DNA of 64,000 nt, from sequence record DRR723986_6727. One strand, written 5' to 3'. Under the pieces are notes generated by a model. That model worked only from the letters and a program-made list of their open reading frames with translations. It was not told the DNA's origin and ran no database searches. The translations under genes were made by a program, and so were the position numbers. Positions 7,470-17,675 of the stretch are shown piece after piece; within the stretch, counting starts at the first letter, position 1, and each line of letters opens with the position of its first letter.

Positions 7470-10400
7470 ATGAAAGAAGGTTTAGCAGGAAAGATTGCCA
7501 AGGGCTTTATAAGTTCTAAGCTTACAGTGCTTCTAATGATTGTATTTATGGTCATTGGTGTGTACAGTTCATTCTTAATACCAAGGGAAGAAGAGCCACA
7601 AATTGATGTGCCAATGGCAGATATATTTGTGGGCTATCCTGGTGCAAGTCCGGCAGAGGTAGAATCTAGAGTAATAAAACCATTAGAAAAGCTTATTTCT
7701 AATATCAAAGGTGTAGAATATGTGTATTCAACCTCTATGCAAGAACAAGGAATGGTGATTGTGCAATTCTACGTTGGAGAAGATATAGAGCGATCATTTG
7801 TAAAACTCTATAATGAAATTAATAAGCATATGGACCAAATGCCGCAAGGTGTAACGTTGCCATTAGTAAAAACACGCGCTATAGATGATGTACCAATGCT
7901 TGGGCTAACCTTGTGGAGTGAGAATTATGACGACTATCAATTAAAACAAATTGCACAAGAATTAACAGACGAAATAGAGAAGGTTAATGATGTTGCTATT
8001 ACTCATAAAATAGGTGGAAGAAATCGTGAGTTACGCGTTGTGATGGACAAAACTAAACTAGCCTCCAGCGGTTTAGATTTTTTGTCTGTGGCCGAAATGA
8101 TCAAAGCAAACAACCAACAATTAAGTTCTGGAAGATTCGATAGAAATGACAACGAGTTTCTGGTAAAAACAGGAGAATTTCTTCAAAATGCGAATGACGT
8201 TGAGGATTTGGTTGTTGGCGTTAATAAAAATCAACCCATTTATTTAAGTCAGATTGCTAGTGTTATAGACGGACCAGAAGTTCCTGTGAATTATGTGAGT
8301 CTTGGATTTGGATCGGCCAGCGAACAAATTAAAGACTACAAATCTGAATATCCTGCTGTAACTATTTCTGTAGCCAAGCGCAAAGGCGCTGACGCTATGA
8401 AAATTTCTGATGTCATTATCAACAAAGTTGAGCATTTAAGAGCCACTTTAATTCCAGACGATGTTCATGTAGAAATCACAAGAAACTACGGTGAAACAGC
8501 ATCACAAAAAGTATTGGAATTATTACTGCATTTAATTGGTGCTATTATCGCAGTGACTATAGTGGTAATGCTAGCCATGGGCTGGCGTGGTGGATTGGTT
8601 GTATTTCTTTCTGTACCAATTACTTTTGCATTAACCTTGTTGAGTTATTATCTACTTGATTATACCTTAAATAGAATTACACTTTTTGCTTTAGTGTTTG
8701 TAACTGGTATCGTTGTAGACGATTCTATTATCATTGCCGAAAATATGCACAGGCATTTTAAGATGAAACGCCTGCCTTTTAAGCAGGCTGCCTTATATGC
8801 TATTAACGAAGTAGGTAACCCAACCATTTTAGCAACATTCACCGTTATTGCATCTGTTTTACCGATGGCTTTTGTCTCTGGTTTAATGGGACCATACATG
8901 AGTCCTATGCCAATTGGAGCTTCCATTGCAATGCTTCTGTCCTTATTCGTTGCTTTGACAATAACACCATATTTGGGCTACATTTTCTTGAAAGAAAAAG
9001 ATAAGAAAGCAGATAAATCATTAGAAGATGAAACTGTGGGAATTTCCGATTCGAAAATATTTAAGATCTATTCAAAATTTGAAACACCGCTGATCGAGAA
9101 TAAAACTAAGCGTTGGTTATTTTTAGGTGTAACGTTTTTTATGTTGATAGGCTCAGTAGCCCTGTTTTTCACCAAGACTGTAGCCGTAAAAATGTTGCCA
9201 TTTGATAATAAGAACGAGTTTCAGATTGTCATTGACATGCCAGAAGGTACAACACTAGAGCGTACTGCTGTTGTCACTAAGGAAATTGGTCAATACCTCT
9301 CAAAGCGACCAGAAGTTGTTAATTATCAGAGTTATGTTGGTACGTCGGCACCTATTACATTTAATGGCCTAGTTCGTCATTATGATTTACGTGGTGGTAG
9401 TAATATGGCAGATATACAAGTGAATCTAACGGATAAACACGACAGATCTGCACAAAGCCATGATATCGCTAAACTGTTGCGACCAGATATTCAAAAGATT
9501 GCGTCAATATATAATGCTAATGTGAAATTGGTTGAGGTGCCACCAGGACCACCAGTGTTATCAACCATTGTAGCCGAAATATATGGGCCAGACTATAACG
9601 AGCAAATTCGTATTGCAGATTCTGTACAATCAATTTTAAAACGCACTGCAGATGTTGTAGATACTGATTGGATGGTTGAGGCAAACCAAAAGGAATTCAA
9701 CTTTAAGATAAATAAAGAGAAAGCCATGCTTAATGGTATAGCACCGCAACAGATTGCTTACACTATGAATATGGCTTTGTCTAATAGAGCAATTACTCAT
9801 TTGTATGATGAAGATGCATTAAACCAGGTTGGTATTATTTTAGCATTAGATGAAAATGAAAAATCAACACTTCAGGATATCTCCAACCTTAAGGTGAAAT
9901 CTAGTCATGGGAATTTAGTGCCAATAGTTGATTTAGTGACTATTGAAGAAGGAGTAAAACCAAAAAGTATTTACCGTAAAAACCAGAAACGTGTCGTGTA
10001 TGTAATGGCAGATATGGCTGGTGAATTAGAGAGCCCAGTCTACGCTATATTAGGTATGTCAGACAAACTTTTAGGCATTGATTTACCAAAAGGGTATAGT
10101 ATGGACGAGCTCTATATTAAACAACCTAAATTTGAAGATAATTATACCGTAAAATGGGATGGTGAATGGCAGATTACTTTAGAAGTATTTAGAGACTTAG
10201 GCATAGCCTTTTTAGGTGTTATTATAATCATTTATATACTAATTGTGGGTTGGTTCCAAAACTTTAAAGCGCCAGTGGTTATGATGGTTGCCATTCCTTT
10301 ATCATTGGTAGGTATAGTTCTGGGACATTGGATTCTTGGTGCATTCTTTACAGCAACATCTTTTATTGGTATGATTGCTCTAGCGGGTATTATGGTACGG

Positions 10401-10670
10401 AATTCAGTATTACTTATAGACTTTGTAAATCTTAGATTAGAAGAAGGTATACCGTTAAAACAAGCTCTTATTGAAGCTGGTGCTGTAAGAACTACGCCAA
10501 TCTTATTGACTGCTGGTACTGTTGTTATTGGTGCTTTTGTGATTTTGTTTGATCCTATTTTTCAAGGTTTAGCAATTTCTTTAATGGGAGGAACCATTGT
10601 GTCTACATTCTTAACCTTATTGGTGGTACCATTAGTGTATTATATGATAGAACGAAAAAACTATAAATAA
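7470..10670 (+). CDS. RND efflux permease (AcrB/CzcA superfamily)
   Basis: 1066 aa; PREEEPQIDVP, YPGASPAEVE, GIVVDDSII, GIMVRNSVLLIDF, RTTPILLT. Confidence 0.95.
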   Translation: MKEGLAGKIAKGFISSKLTVLLMIVFMVIGVYSSFLIPREEEPQIDVPMADIFVGYPGASPAEVESRVIKPLEKLISNIKGVEYVYSTSMQEQGMVIVQFYVGEDIERSFVKLYNEINKHMDQMPQGVTLPLVKTRAIDDVPMLGLTLWSENYDDYQLKQIAQELTDEIEKVNDVAITHKIGGRNRELRVVMDKTKLASSGLDFLSVAEMIKANNQQLSSGRFDRNDNEFLVKTGEFLQNANDVEDLVVGVNKNQPIYLSQIASVIDGPEVPVNYVSLGFGSASEQIKDYKSEYPAVTISVAKRKGADAMKISDVIINKVEHLRATLIPDDVHVEITRNYGETASQKVLELLLHLIGAIIAVTIVVMLAMGWRGGLVVFLSVPITFALTLLSYYLLDYTLNRITLFALVFVTGIVVDDSIIIAENMHRHFKMKRLPFKQAALYAINEVGNPTILATFTVIASVLPMAFVSGLMGPYMSPMPIGASIAMLLSLFVALTITPYLGYIFLKEKDKKADKSLEDETVGISDSKIFKIYSKFETPLIENKTKRWLFLGVTFFMLIGSVALFFTKTVAVKMLPFDNKNEFQIVIDMPEGTTLERTAVVTKEIGQYLSKRPEVVNYQSYVGTSAPITFNGLVRHYDLRGGSNMADIQVNLTDKHDRSAQSHDIAKLLRPDIQKIASIYNANVKLVEVPPGPPVLSTIVAEIYGPDYNEQIRIADSVQSILKRTADVVDTDWMVEANQKEFNFKINKEKAMLNGIAPQQIAYTMNMALSNRAITHLYDEDALNQVGIILALDENEKSTLQDISNLKVKSSHGNLVPIVDLVTIEEGVKPKSIYRKNQKRVVYVMADMAGELESPVYAILGMSDKLLGIDLPKGYSMDELYIKQPKFEDNYTVKWDGEWQITLEVFRDLGIAFLGVIIIIYILIVGWFQNFKAPVVMMVAIPLSLVGIVLGHWILGAFFTATSFIGMIALAGIMVRNSVLLIDFVNLRLEEGIPLKQALIEAGAVRTTPILLTAGTVVIGAFVILFDPIFQGLAISLMGGTIVSTFLTLLVVPLVYYMIERKNYK

Positions 10671-10682
10671 AAACTTAGAATT

Positions 10683-10868
10683 ATGAAAAATAGAATTGTT
10701 AGAGCAGTAGCAGGAACCTTTATACTCATTAGTTTATTATTAGCGATTTATGTAAATATTAATTGGTTATGGTTTACTGCTTTTGTCGGAGCTAATTTGT
10801 TACAGTCCTCAATAACAAAGTGGTGTTTAATGGATACTATCTTAGAAAAATTAGGTGTAAAAAATTAA
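10683..10868 (+). CDS. DUF2892 / YgaP-like small membrane protein
   Basis: R..AG, FVGANLLQS...WC motif, two TM helices. Confidence 0.88.
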   Translation: MKNRIVRAVAGTFILISLLLAIYVNINWLWFTAFVGANLLQSSITKWCLMDTILEKLGVKN

Positions 10869-10877
10869 TGATAAAAG

Positions 10878-10903
10878 TGTAACATATTAAAAGCGTTTGC
10901 GTC
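10878..10903 (+). promoter_or_regulatory. Candidate ECF-sigma promoter TGTAAC-N16-CGTC
   Basis: GTAAC at 10879-10883, 16-nt spacer, CGTC at 10900-10903, just upstream of the DUF4870 gene. Confidence 0.5.
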
Positions 10904-10927
10904 ATATAATTGTAAAATCATCAGAAA

Positions 10928-11290
10928 ATGGAATCGAATTATCATACACTTAAACGCACAGACAATCAATTGTTAATGATTACGCATTTGGCGCAACTAT
11001 TAACTTACCTTACAGGTTTTGGAGGATTAATAGTGCCTTTAATCATATGGGCAACACAAAAAGAAAATGTTGATGGTATGGACGCTCATGGAAAATCAAT
11101 CTTAAATTTTCAATTGAGTATTATTATTTATTCTATTATAAGTATTCCATTAATTTTTGTTTTTGGTTTAGGAATATTAACATTGATATTAATTGGTATT
11201 GTCGCTTTTGTAATGCCAATCGTAAACGGTATAAAAGCTAGTAATGGAGAATTACCTAGCTACCCATTATCTCTTAATTTTGTTAGTTAG
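10928..11290 (+). CDS. DUF4870 membrane protein
   Basis: HLAQL, PLIIW, HGKSILNFQLS, IKASNGE..YP motifs. Confidence 0.85.
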   Translation: MESNYHTLKRTDNQLLMITHLAQLLTYLTGFGGLIVPLIIWATQKENVDGMDAHGKSILNFQLSIIIYSIISIPLIFVFGLGILTLILIGIVAFVMPIVNGIKASNGELPSYPLSLNFVS

Positions 11291-11334
11291 TTATTTTTTA
11301 ATCTGAATCTTTTCAGTACGTAAAGAGGTAAATA

Positions 11335-11364
11335 AAAAAGGCTCACCAACTGGTGAGCCTTTTT
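11335..11364. terminator. Bidirectional terminator between DUF4870 and dnaN
   Basis: AAAAAGGCTCACCA-AC-TGGTGAGCCTTTTT. Confidence 0.88.
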
Positions 11365-11382
11365 CTATTTTATATATAACTC

Positions 11383-12501
11383 TTAATTATTCAACATAAC
11401 AGGCATAACAAGCATAGTAACTTGTTCTCCTTCGTCTAAACCATCAATAGGTGTAAGTATACCAGCTCTATTTGGTAAGCTCATTTCTAACTGAACATTA
11501 TCTGAGTTTAGATTGTTAATCATTTCCGTTAAGAAACGAGAGTTAAACCCAATTTGCATATCATCCCCTTGGTAATCACAAGTTAAGCGCTCCTCAGCTT
11601 TATTGCTGTAATCGATATCTTCTGCTGAAATATTTAATTCTGCTCCAGCAATTTTCAATCTAATTTGATGCGTTGTTTTATTAGAAAAAATACTAACACG
11701 TCTTACAGAGTTTAAAAACTGTGTTCTATCAATAACTAATTTATTCGGGTTTTCTTTCGGGATTACTGCTTCGTAATTGGGATATTTTCCGTCAATTAAA
11801 CGACAAATTAAAACAGAATTTTCAAATGTAAATTTGGCATTAGACTCATTATACTCAACTAATACATCATCATCACTGCCTGCTAAAATTCCTTTTAAAA
11901 GATTTAAAGGTTTTTTAGGCATAATAAACTCAGCAGATTCCGTTGCACTTACATCATCTCTTGTGTACTTCACCAATTTGTGTGCGTCTGTAGCAACAAA
12001 TGTTAAATTGTCTTGTGAAAACTGAAAAAACACACCACTCATTACAGGTCTTAAATCATCATTACCTGCAGCAAATATTGTTTTACTAATCGCCGTGGCT
12101 AAAATATCTCCAACTATAGTTGTTGTGCTCGCATCTTCTACTGAAACGGCATTTGGGAACTCAGCACCATCTGCATAAGCCAAAGCATATTTACCATGAT
12201 TAGAGCTTATTTCTACTGTATTGTTATCTTCTGCAACAAAAGTTAATGGTTGCTCAGGAAATGTCTTTAATGTATCTAATAACAAGCGTGCAGGTAATGC
12301 TATACTGCCTTCAGAATCACTTTCTACGTCTATTGTAGAAGACATCGTAGTTTCTAAATCACTTGCAGATACAGTTAATTTCGACTTACTGAGTTCAAAT
12401 AAGAAATTATCTAAAATTGGAAGGGTATTACTGTTATTAATTACACCTCCCAAAACCTGAAGTTGTTTTAATAAATATGTACTTGAAACAATGAATTTCA
12501 T
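11383..12501 (-). CDS. dnaN: DNA polymerase III beta clamp
   Basis: TLPILDNFL, ASDLE, RPVMSGV, VATDAHKL, RLIDGKYPNY, IGFNSRFL, LVMPV. Confidence 0.97.
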   Translation of the reverse strand: MKFIVSSTYLLKQLQVLGGVINNSNTLPILDNFLFELSKSKLTVSASDLETTMSSTIDVESDSEGSIALPARLLLDTLKTFPEQPLTFVAEDNNTVEISSNHGKYALAYADGAEFPNAVSVEDASTTTIVGDILATAISKTIFAAGNDDLRPVMSGVFFQFSQDNLTFVATDAHKLVKYTRDDVSATESAEFIMPKKPLNLLKGILAGSDDDVLVEYNESNAKFTFENSVLICRLIDGKYPNYEAVIPKENPNKLVIDRTQFLNSVRRVSIFSNKTTHQIRLKIAGAELNISAEDIDYSNKAEERLTCDYQGDDMQIGFNSRFLTEMINNLNSDNVQLEMSLPNRAGILTPIDGLDEGEQVTMLVMPVMLNN

Positions 12502-12588
12502 GCTTTATATAAAGTTTTTATCGTTTGATTTTGTCTTACAAATATATCTCAATAGAAGGGTTTTATAAAACAAACTTATTAACAAATT

Positions 12589-14256
12589 CTAAGTGTATTT
12601 TTTCTTTCTGAAGTAATTAAAAGCAAATCCAAACACACCAAGTATAATAAGCGGTAAGACAATATTAATAAGTTGCCATTTGCCTCTGGTATGTTTTATT
12701 TTTTCTGAATCTAAAAATGCAAGTTTAATTTCCTTGGCTCTTATGTTTATAAGTCCTGTATCATCCAAAAGGTAATTAATAGTATTTAGTAAAAACTCTT
12801 TATTACCAAAAGCTTTACCAGTAAGTTGGTCAAACCCTAATTCTAACGGACGATTTCTAATAACTTCATTTTTTATAACATCGCCATCAGAAATGATAAC
12901 CATTTTAGATGGAGATCCTTGAGATTTAAAGCCTTTAAACTTAAATGGCAATACGCGCTTATCATAAACAGATGTGAATTCGCCTTGTAATAATACTGCT
13001 AAATTCTGAGGCCCTTGATTGTAGGTTGTCTCATCTGGTGATTCAGTTACATCGGCTAATGAAATATTTGTGGGAGCTCCTTCTAACCTCGTTTTTGGCG
13101 AACTTTGTAAAAGAATGGTCTTTTTAATGGTATTTTTTAGCGTGTCGATAGGACTCACAAAATCATATTTTACCAGGTTTAGGTTCTTAGTAATGGGATG
13201 ATTAGGATTAGACGCTGCCAATGGGGAATACTGCCATTGTATAGGCTGTAATTGTGCTTGACTTCCTTCGCCAATTGCCAACATAATCGGAGCAGAGTAG
13301 AGGTCTTTTACTAAACTAGGATTGACACGTACACCATACTTAAAGAAAAAATCATTAAGATTTAGATCGCGCATAATGGACACACCAGAACCAGAATCAT
13401 TATAAAGGCTATCTTTATCCATTACCACTGACTCTGTTAACCAAAGACTATTACCACCATTGATAGTATATTGGTCCAAAACCAGTTTTTCATTCTCAGA
13501 AAAGGCTTCACTTGGTTTGGCTGCTATAATTAGATCGTATTGTTTTAATTTTTCAAGAGTTGCTTCTGGATTAGAAGCTACACTATCTAAGGTAAAAGGT
13601 GCAATTTTATAGTATTGCTGCATGGTTTTAAGGAAATCTGCGATATAAATATCATCTAGTTCTCCATTACCCTTTAAAATGGCAATATTTTTAGATTTTG
13701 AATTTATTAGTTTGCTAAAACCATCTGCAAAGGCGTACTCAAGACCTTGTACAGAGTTGTTTATCTTTTCTTGCAGCCCTTGAGTAATACTTCGTTTTAA
13801 GAGTGGAATTTTAACTCGTTTTTCTTTATAACTTGCATATGCCCATGGAAAAATAATTTCTTGTGTTACTTTTCCTGTACTGTTATCAGTATTAATATAA
13901 GGCTCCAAACCAGATCTGGTGAGTTCTTCAATAATTTGTTCCCTAGTAGATTCATCCTCAACAGGATCGATATAATTGACTCTAATATTGCTAGTTTCTA
14001 ATTGAAATTCTTCAATAATTTGTCTAACCTCTGTTTGAAGTAATCTAAATTCTGAAGGAAATTCACCTTCTAAAAACACATCGATTATAAGCGGTGAATC
14101 TATATTTTGAATTAAGCTTCTTGACGCATCGGATAGTGTATATCGCTTATCCTTAGTTAAATCAAACCGACCATAAAATTGACTAGAAATTGTATTAATA
14201 ACTATAAGTCCTATGATAACTGCGAGTATGTAAATAAGATTTTTATTCTTCTTCAT
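12589..14256 (-). CDS. gldG: Gliding-motility ABC transporter auxiliary protein GldG
   Basis: RFDLTKDKRYTLS; GNKEFLLNTINYLLDD.GLINIR; N- and C-terminal TM helices; lies near gldF. Confidence 0.93.
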   Translation of the reverse strand: MKKNKNLIYILAVIIGLIVINTISSQFYGRFDLTKDKRYTLSDASRSLIQNIDSPLIIDVFLEGEFPSEFRLLQTEVRQIIEEFQLETSNIRVNYIDPVEDESTREQIIEELTRSGLEPYINTDNSTGKVTQEIIFPWAYASYKEKRVKIPLLKRSITQGLQEKINNSVQGLEYAFADGFSKLINSKSKNIAILKGNGELDDIYIADFLKTMQQYYKIAPFTLDSVASNPEATLEKLKQYDLIIAAKPSEAFSENEKLVLDQYTINGGNSLWLTESVVMDKDSLYNDSGSGVSIMRDLNLNDFFFKYGVRVNPSLVKDLYSAPIMLAIGEGSQAQLQPIQWQYSPLAASNPNHPITKNLNLVKYDFVSPIDTLKNTIKKTILLQSSPKTRLEGAPTNISLADVTESPDETTYNQGPQNLAVLLQGEFTSVYDKRVLPFKFKGFKSQGSPSKMVIISDGDVIKNEVIRNRPLELGFDQLTGKAFGNKEFLLNTINYLLDDTGLINIRAKEIKLAFLDSEKIKHTRGKWQLINIVLPLIILGVFGFAFNYFRKKKYT

Positions 14257-14740
14257 TCTCGTATGTGATTTCCTCTTGATATGGTCTTAATGCAACCACC
14301 TTATTATCCTTAAATGTTATTTCTATACATTCTTTTTGCTTATTAAAAGCAGCAGGTTCTATTCCCAAATCGTAATTCCATTTATTATCATCATGAGCCT
14401 TTTTGGTGTCATCCCAAGTCAACCATTCGTGCTTGCCCAATAATTGTGCAATATTTTCTTTTGTAGAACCAATTAAGGTATCAGATTCTATGGTTTGGTC
14501 AATCATTTCATAGCGTAGAGCAGGCTTTTCTACCCAGGCTTCACTATCAAAATACTTCTGATGGTGATAACTACTCAGGATATTAATGAATGGATAAAAC
14601 ATATAAAAATAGACCACTGGTGTAAGAACCAGACTTATAATTGCTGTGAGCCATTTGCGTTTATCTACAGTATTGAAAAACAAAAACAGTAGCACAAATA
14701 CTACAACCATAAAGATGACTAAAATAGGTGTAATGATCAT
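14243..14740 (-). CDS. Hypothetical membrane protein between gldF and gldG
   Basis: 165 aa, two N-terminal TM segments plus a soluble domain; overlaps both neighbours. Confidence 0.75.
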   Translation of the reverse strand: MIITPILVIFMVVVFVLLFLFFNTVDKRKWLTAIISLVLTPVVYFYMFYPFINILSSYHHQKYFDSEAWVEKPALRYEMIDQTIESDTLIGSTKENIAQLLGKHEWLTWDDTKKAHDDNKWNYDLGIEPAAFNKQKECIEITFKDNKVVALRPYQEEITYENEEE

Positions 14741-15459
14741 TGCTGTTTAATTCTAAGTTTTGTGAATACTAAAAACGCGAGAGCGATACTTATAAAATAG
14801 ATTAAATCTCTAGTATCTATAACACCTCTACTCATACTATTGTAATGTGCTGACATGCCAAGATTCTCCATATAAACCAGATTACCAAAAACCTTATAAT
14901 TTGAAAGTCCTTCAAATCCAAAATACATGAAAAAACAAAGAAAAACTGCAATTATAAAAGCCACTATCTGATTGTCGGAGAGAGTAGATGCAAATACTCC
15001 AATAGCAGTATATGCTGCAATTAGAAATAACAACCCAAAATAAGATCCTATGGTGCTTCCCATGTCTATATTACCTTCCGGATTTCCTAATTGTGTTATG
15101 GTATACACATATAAAAGGGTTGGGATAAGCGCTAAAAGAATTAAAACAAAGGCACCGAAATACTTACCTAGTACAATTTGAAAATGTGATATTGGTTTAG
15201 TAACCAATGACTCTAAAGTACCTTGTTTTTTTTCATCACTAAAACTCCGCATAGTGACTGCAGGAACTAAAAAAATGAGAATCCAAGGTGCTAATAGAAA
15301 AAACGAAGACAAACTAGCCAATCCATTGTCTAAGATGTTAAATTCGCCTTTAAAAACCCAAAGGAATAATCCATTTAACAACAAAAACACACCAATGACC
15401 AAATAACCAATTAGCGAGGCAAAGAAGGTGTTTATTTCTTTTTTTAATATTGCTAACAT
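14737..15459 (-). CDS. gldF: Gliding-motility ABC transporter permease GldF
   Basis: KEINTFF, PAVTMRSFSDEKKQGTLE, NQIVAF, SMSRGVIDTRDLIYF. Confidence 0.94.
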   Translation of the reverse strand: MLAILKKEINTFFASLIGYLVIGVFLLLNGLFLWVFKGEFNILDNGLASLSSFFLLAPWILIFLVPAVTMRSFSDEKKQGTLESLVTKPISHFQIVLGKYFGAFVLILLALIPTLLYVYTITQLGNPEGNIDMGSTIGSYFGLLFLIAAYTAIGVFASTLSDNQIVAFIIAVFLCFFMYFGFEGLSNYKVFGNLVYMENLGMSAHYNSMSRGVIDTRDLIYFISIALAFLVFTKLRIKQQ

Positions 15460-15463
15460 ATAA

Positions 15464-15760
15464 CTAGTTTAGGCTATGAATTTTATTTAAACTCCAAGCT
15501 TCAGGCTTTGCATTAAACAAGGGTTTGGTATTCGCCCAAACACCTTTAAACAATTCTGAATGTCTGTAATTATTCAAATCAACTTCAGAATCCCAATAAC
15601 TATACGTAAAAAAGACATTGGTATTGTTTTTATCGCGATATAATTCTAAAAAATTACAACCTTCAAAAGCTCTAATCTTATCCTTATTGATTTCAAAATT
15701 AGCCAAGAATTCTTCAATCTTAGAAGGATTAAAACTCATTTTTACAATTCTTACTAACAA
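15464..15760 (-). CDS. Antibiotic-biosynthesis-monooxygenase (putative quinol monooxygenase) family protein
   Basis: IRAFEGC, FFTYSYW, YRHSELF...W pattern. Confidence 0.8.
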   Translation of the reverse strand: MLVRIVKMSFNPSKIEEFLANFEINKDKIRAFEGCNFLELYRDKNNTNVFFTYSYWDSEVDLNNYRHSELFKGVWANTKPLFNAKPEAWSLNKIHSLN

Positions 15761-15763
15761 TGA

Positions 15764-16600
15764 TTAAGATTTTAAGAAGTTAACAGTAACTGTATCCATG
15801 CTTTTTAAGCCCATAAGTGTCGATGCTCCACCAACAGTATTGCAATTACTTTTATATACCGCTATTTCTAAATATCCAGAGGAATTAAATACAACAAGTC
15901 CTTTACCTTCATCGTTTCTTTTGGACTCATCAATATCAAAGTTCACTATATCGCTATATTTTGAATGAATTTTTTTAAACTTATAATTGCGCGCAGAAAT
16001 TTCATAAGGTCTTGTCTTTTGAACATTTTCAAAAAATTTCTGTTTTATATTAGTTACAACATTACCATAATTGTCAATGTAAATTACACTTCCAATGATT
16101 TGATTTTTTTCGTCGTTCACAAACGGAATTAAATTCTTTATGGGTTTTATTGTGTTAATAACTTTTCCGATGACTTCTAATGTACCTCCTCTTGCAATAT
16201 GACATGCCACTTTTACAAAGACATCTAATACAGGGAAACTGGTTTCTACTTTATCATGAATATTAATCTCTACAATTTTTTCTGGTGCAATCTCTGCACA
16301 AATCATACTCATAATACCGTTATTTGCACATATAAAGTAATGGTCATCTAACTTAACCGCAATATGCTTATTATCAGGACTTAACTCAGAATCAATTCCT
16401 ATAATATGGATTGTTCCTTTGGGGAAACTACTGTATGCATTTAAAATAATATAAGCTGCTTCAGAAATATTAAAAGGCGAAACGGAATGTGAAACATCTA
16501 CAATTCTTATATCAGAAAGTTCACTGTAAATAGCGCCTTTTATAGCGCCAGCAAAGTGATCTTTTTCTCCAAAATCAGTCGTTAAAGTGATTATTGCCAT
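15764..16600 (-). CDS. SAM hydrolase / SAM-dependent halogenase family (DUF62)
   Basis: IITLTTDFG, FPKGTIH, YIDNYGNVVTN, NSSGYLEIA. Confidence 0.9.
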   Translation of the reverse strand: MAIITLTTDFGEKDHFAGAIKGAIYSELSDIRIVDVSHSVSPFNISEAAYIILNAYSSFPKGTIHIIGIDSELSPDNKHIAVKLDDHYFICANNGIMSMICAEIAPEKIVEINIHDKVETSFPVLDVFVKVACHIARGGTLEVIGKVINTIKPIKNLIPFVNDEKNQIIGSVIYIDNYGNVVTNIKQKFFENVQKTRPYEISARNYKFKKIHSKYSDIVNFDIDESKRNDEGKGLVVFNSSGYLEIAVYKSNCNTVGGASTLMGLKSMDTVTVNFLKS

Positions 16601-16721
16601 GGATTAATTGTTGATATTTTTTTTAGAATTGAGGTTGTAAAATTGTTAGATTTGTTTGCACGTAATCGTTACACAAAACTAATAAAAGAAAACAGATTAA
16701 CACACTAAATAAAGCACGCTT

Positions 16722-17675
16722 TTGAACGAACTTATCCTAGAACTAGAAGAAATAACTCCAAAAGAATTCTTCGGTGCACAAAATGCTAATATTGAGCTTT
16801 TAAAAAAATACTATCCAAAATTAAAAATTGTTGCCAGAGGTAATAAAATTAAGGCTTATGGTGATGAGGATTTATTAGAAGAATTTGATACCAGAATGAT
16901 GATGTTAATGAAACATTTTGGCAAGTATAATAAGCTTGATGAAAATGTCATTGAGCGTGTCCTTACTAGTAATAGTAGTGACGATTATGCAACCTCTGCT
17001 AAAAGTGGTGAAGTTATAGTGCATGGTGTTGGCGGCAAATTAATAAAAGCACAAACGGCCAATCAACGCAAATTAGTTGAAAGTGTACGTAAAAATGATA
17101 TGGTTTTTGCTATTGGTCCTGCAGGTACTGGTAAAACGTATACAGGTGTAGCTTTGGCTGTACAAGCCTTAAAGAGCAAGGAAGTAAAGCGTATAATATT
17201 AACGCGTCCTGCAGTAGAAGCAGGTGAAAATTTAGGATTTTTGCCAGGAGATTTAAAAGAAAAATTAGATCCGTACATGCAGCCCTTGTATGATGCCTTA
17301 CGTGATATGATTCCGCATGAAAAACTCGATAATTATATAGAAAAAGGTGTCATACAAATTGCACCATTGGCTTTTATGCGTGGAAGAACCTTAGATAATG
17401 CCTTTGTGATTTTAGATGAAGGACAGAACACAACACACGCGCAGATGAAGATGTTCTTAACACGTATGGGTAAAAATGCTAAGTTTTTACTAACTGGAGA
17501 TCCTGGTCAGGTAGATTTACCAAGACGCACGATATCTGGATTAAAAGAAGCACTTTTGGTTCTTAAAAACGTTGAAGGTATAGGCATGATCTATTTAGAC
17601 GATAAAGATGTAATACGTCATAAATTAGTGAAGAAAGTAATAGCAGCATATAAAAACATAGAAAATAGAGATTAA
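16722..17675 (+). CDS. phoH: PhoH-family ATPase
   Basis: [38 protein letters not shown] start. Confidence 0.95.
   Translation: MNELILELEEITPKEFFGAQNANIELLKKYYPKLKIVARGNKIKAYGDEDLLEEFDTRMMMLMKHFGKYNKLDENVIERVLTSNSSDDYATSAKSGEVIVHGVGGKLIKAQTANQRKLVESVRKNDMVFAIGPAGTGKTYTGVALAVQALKSKEVKRIILTRPAVEAGENLGFLPGDLKEKLDPYMQPLYDALRDMIPHEKLDNYIEKGVIQIAPLAFMRGRTLDNAFVILDEGQNTTHAQMKMFLTRMGKNAKFLLTGDPGQVDLPRRTISGLKEALLVLKNVEGIGMIYLDDKDVIRHKLVKKVIAAYKNIENRD

Noticed and set aside
10879-10892. GTAAC before DUF4870 as a sixth sulfur-regulon box
   Set aside because: There is no GTTAC half-site. It fits an ECF -35/-10 arrangement better.
15764-16600. Possible fluorinase/chlorinase
   Set aside because: It sits in a core-genome context next to phoH with no biosynthetic cluster. 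The DUF62 hydrolase-like assignment is more parsimonious, and halogenase activity cannot be inferred by eye.
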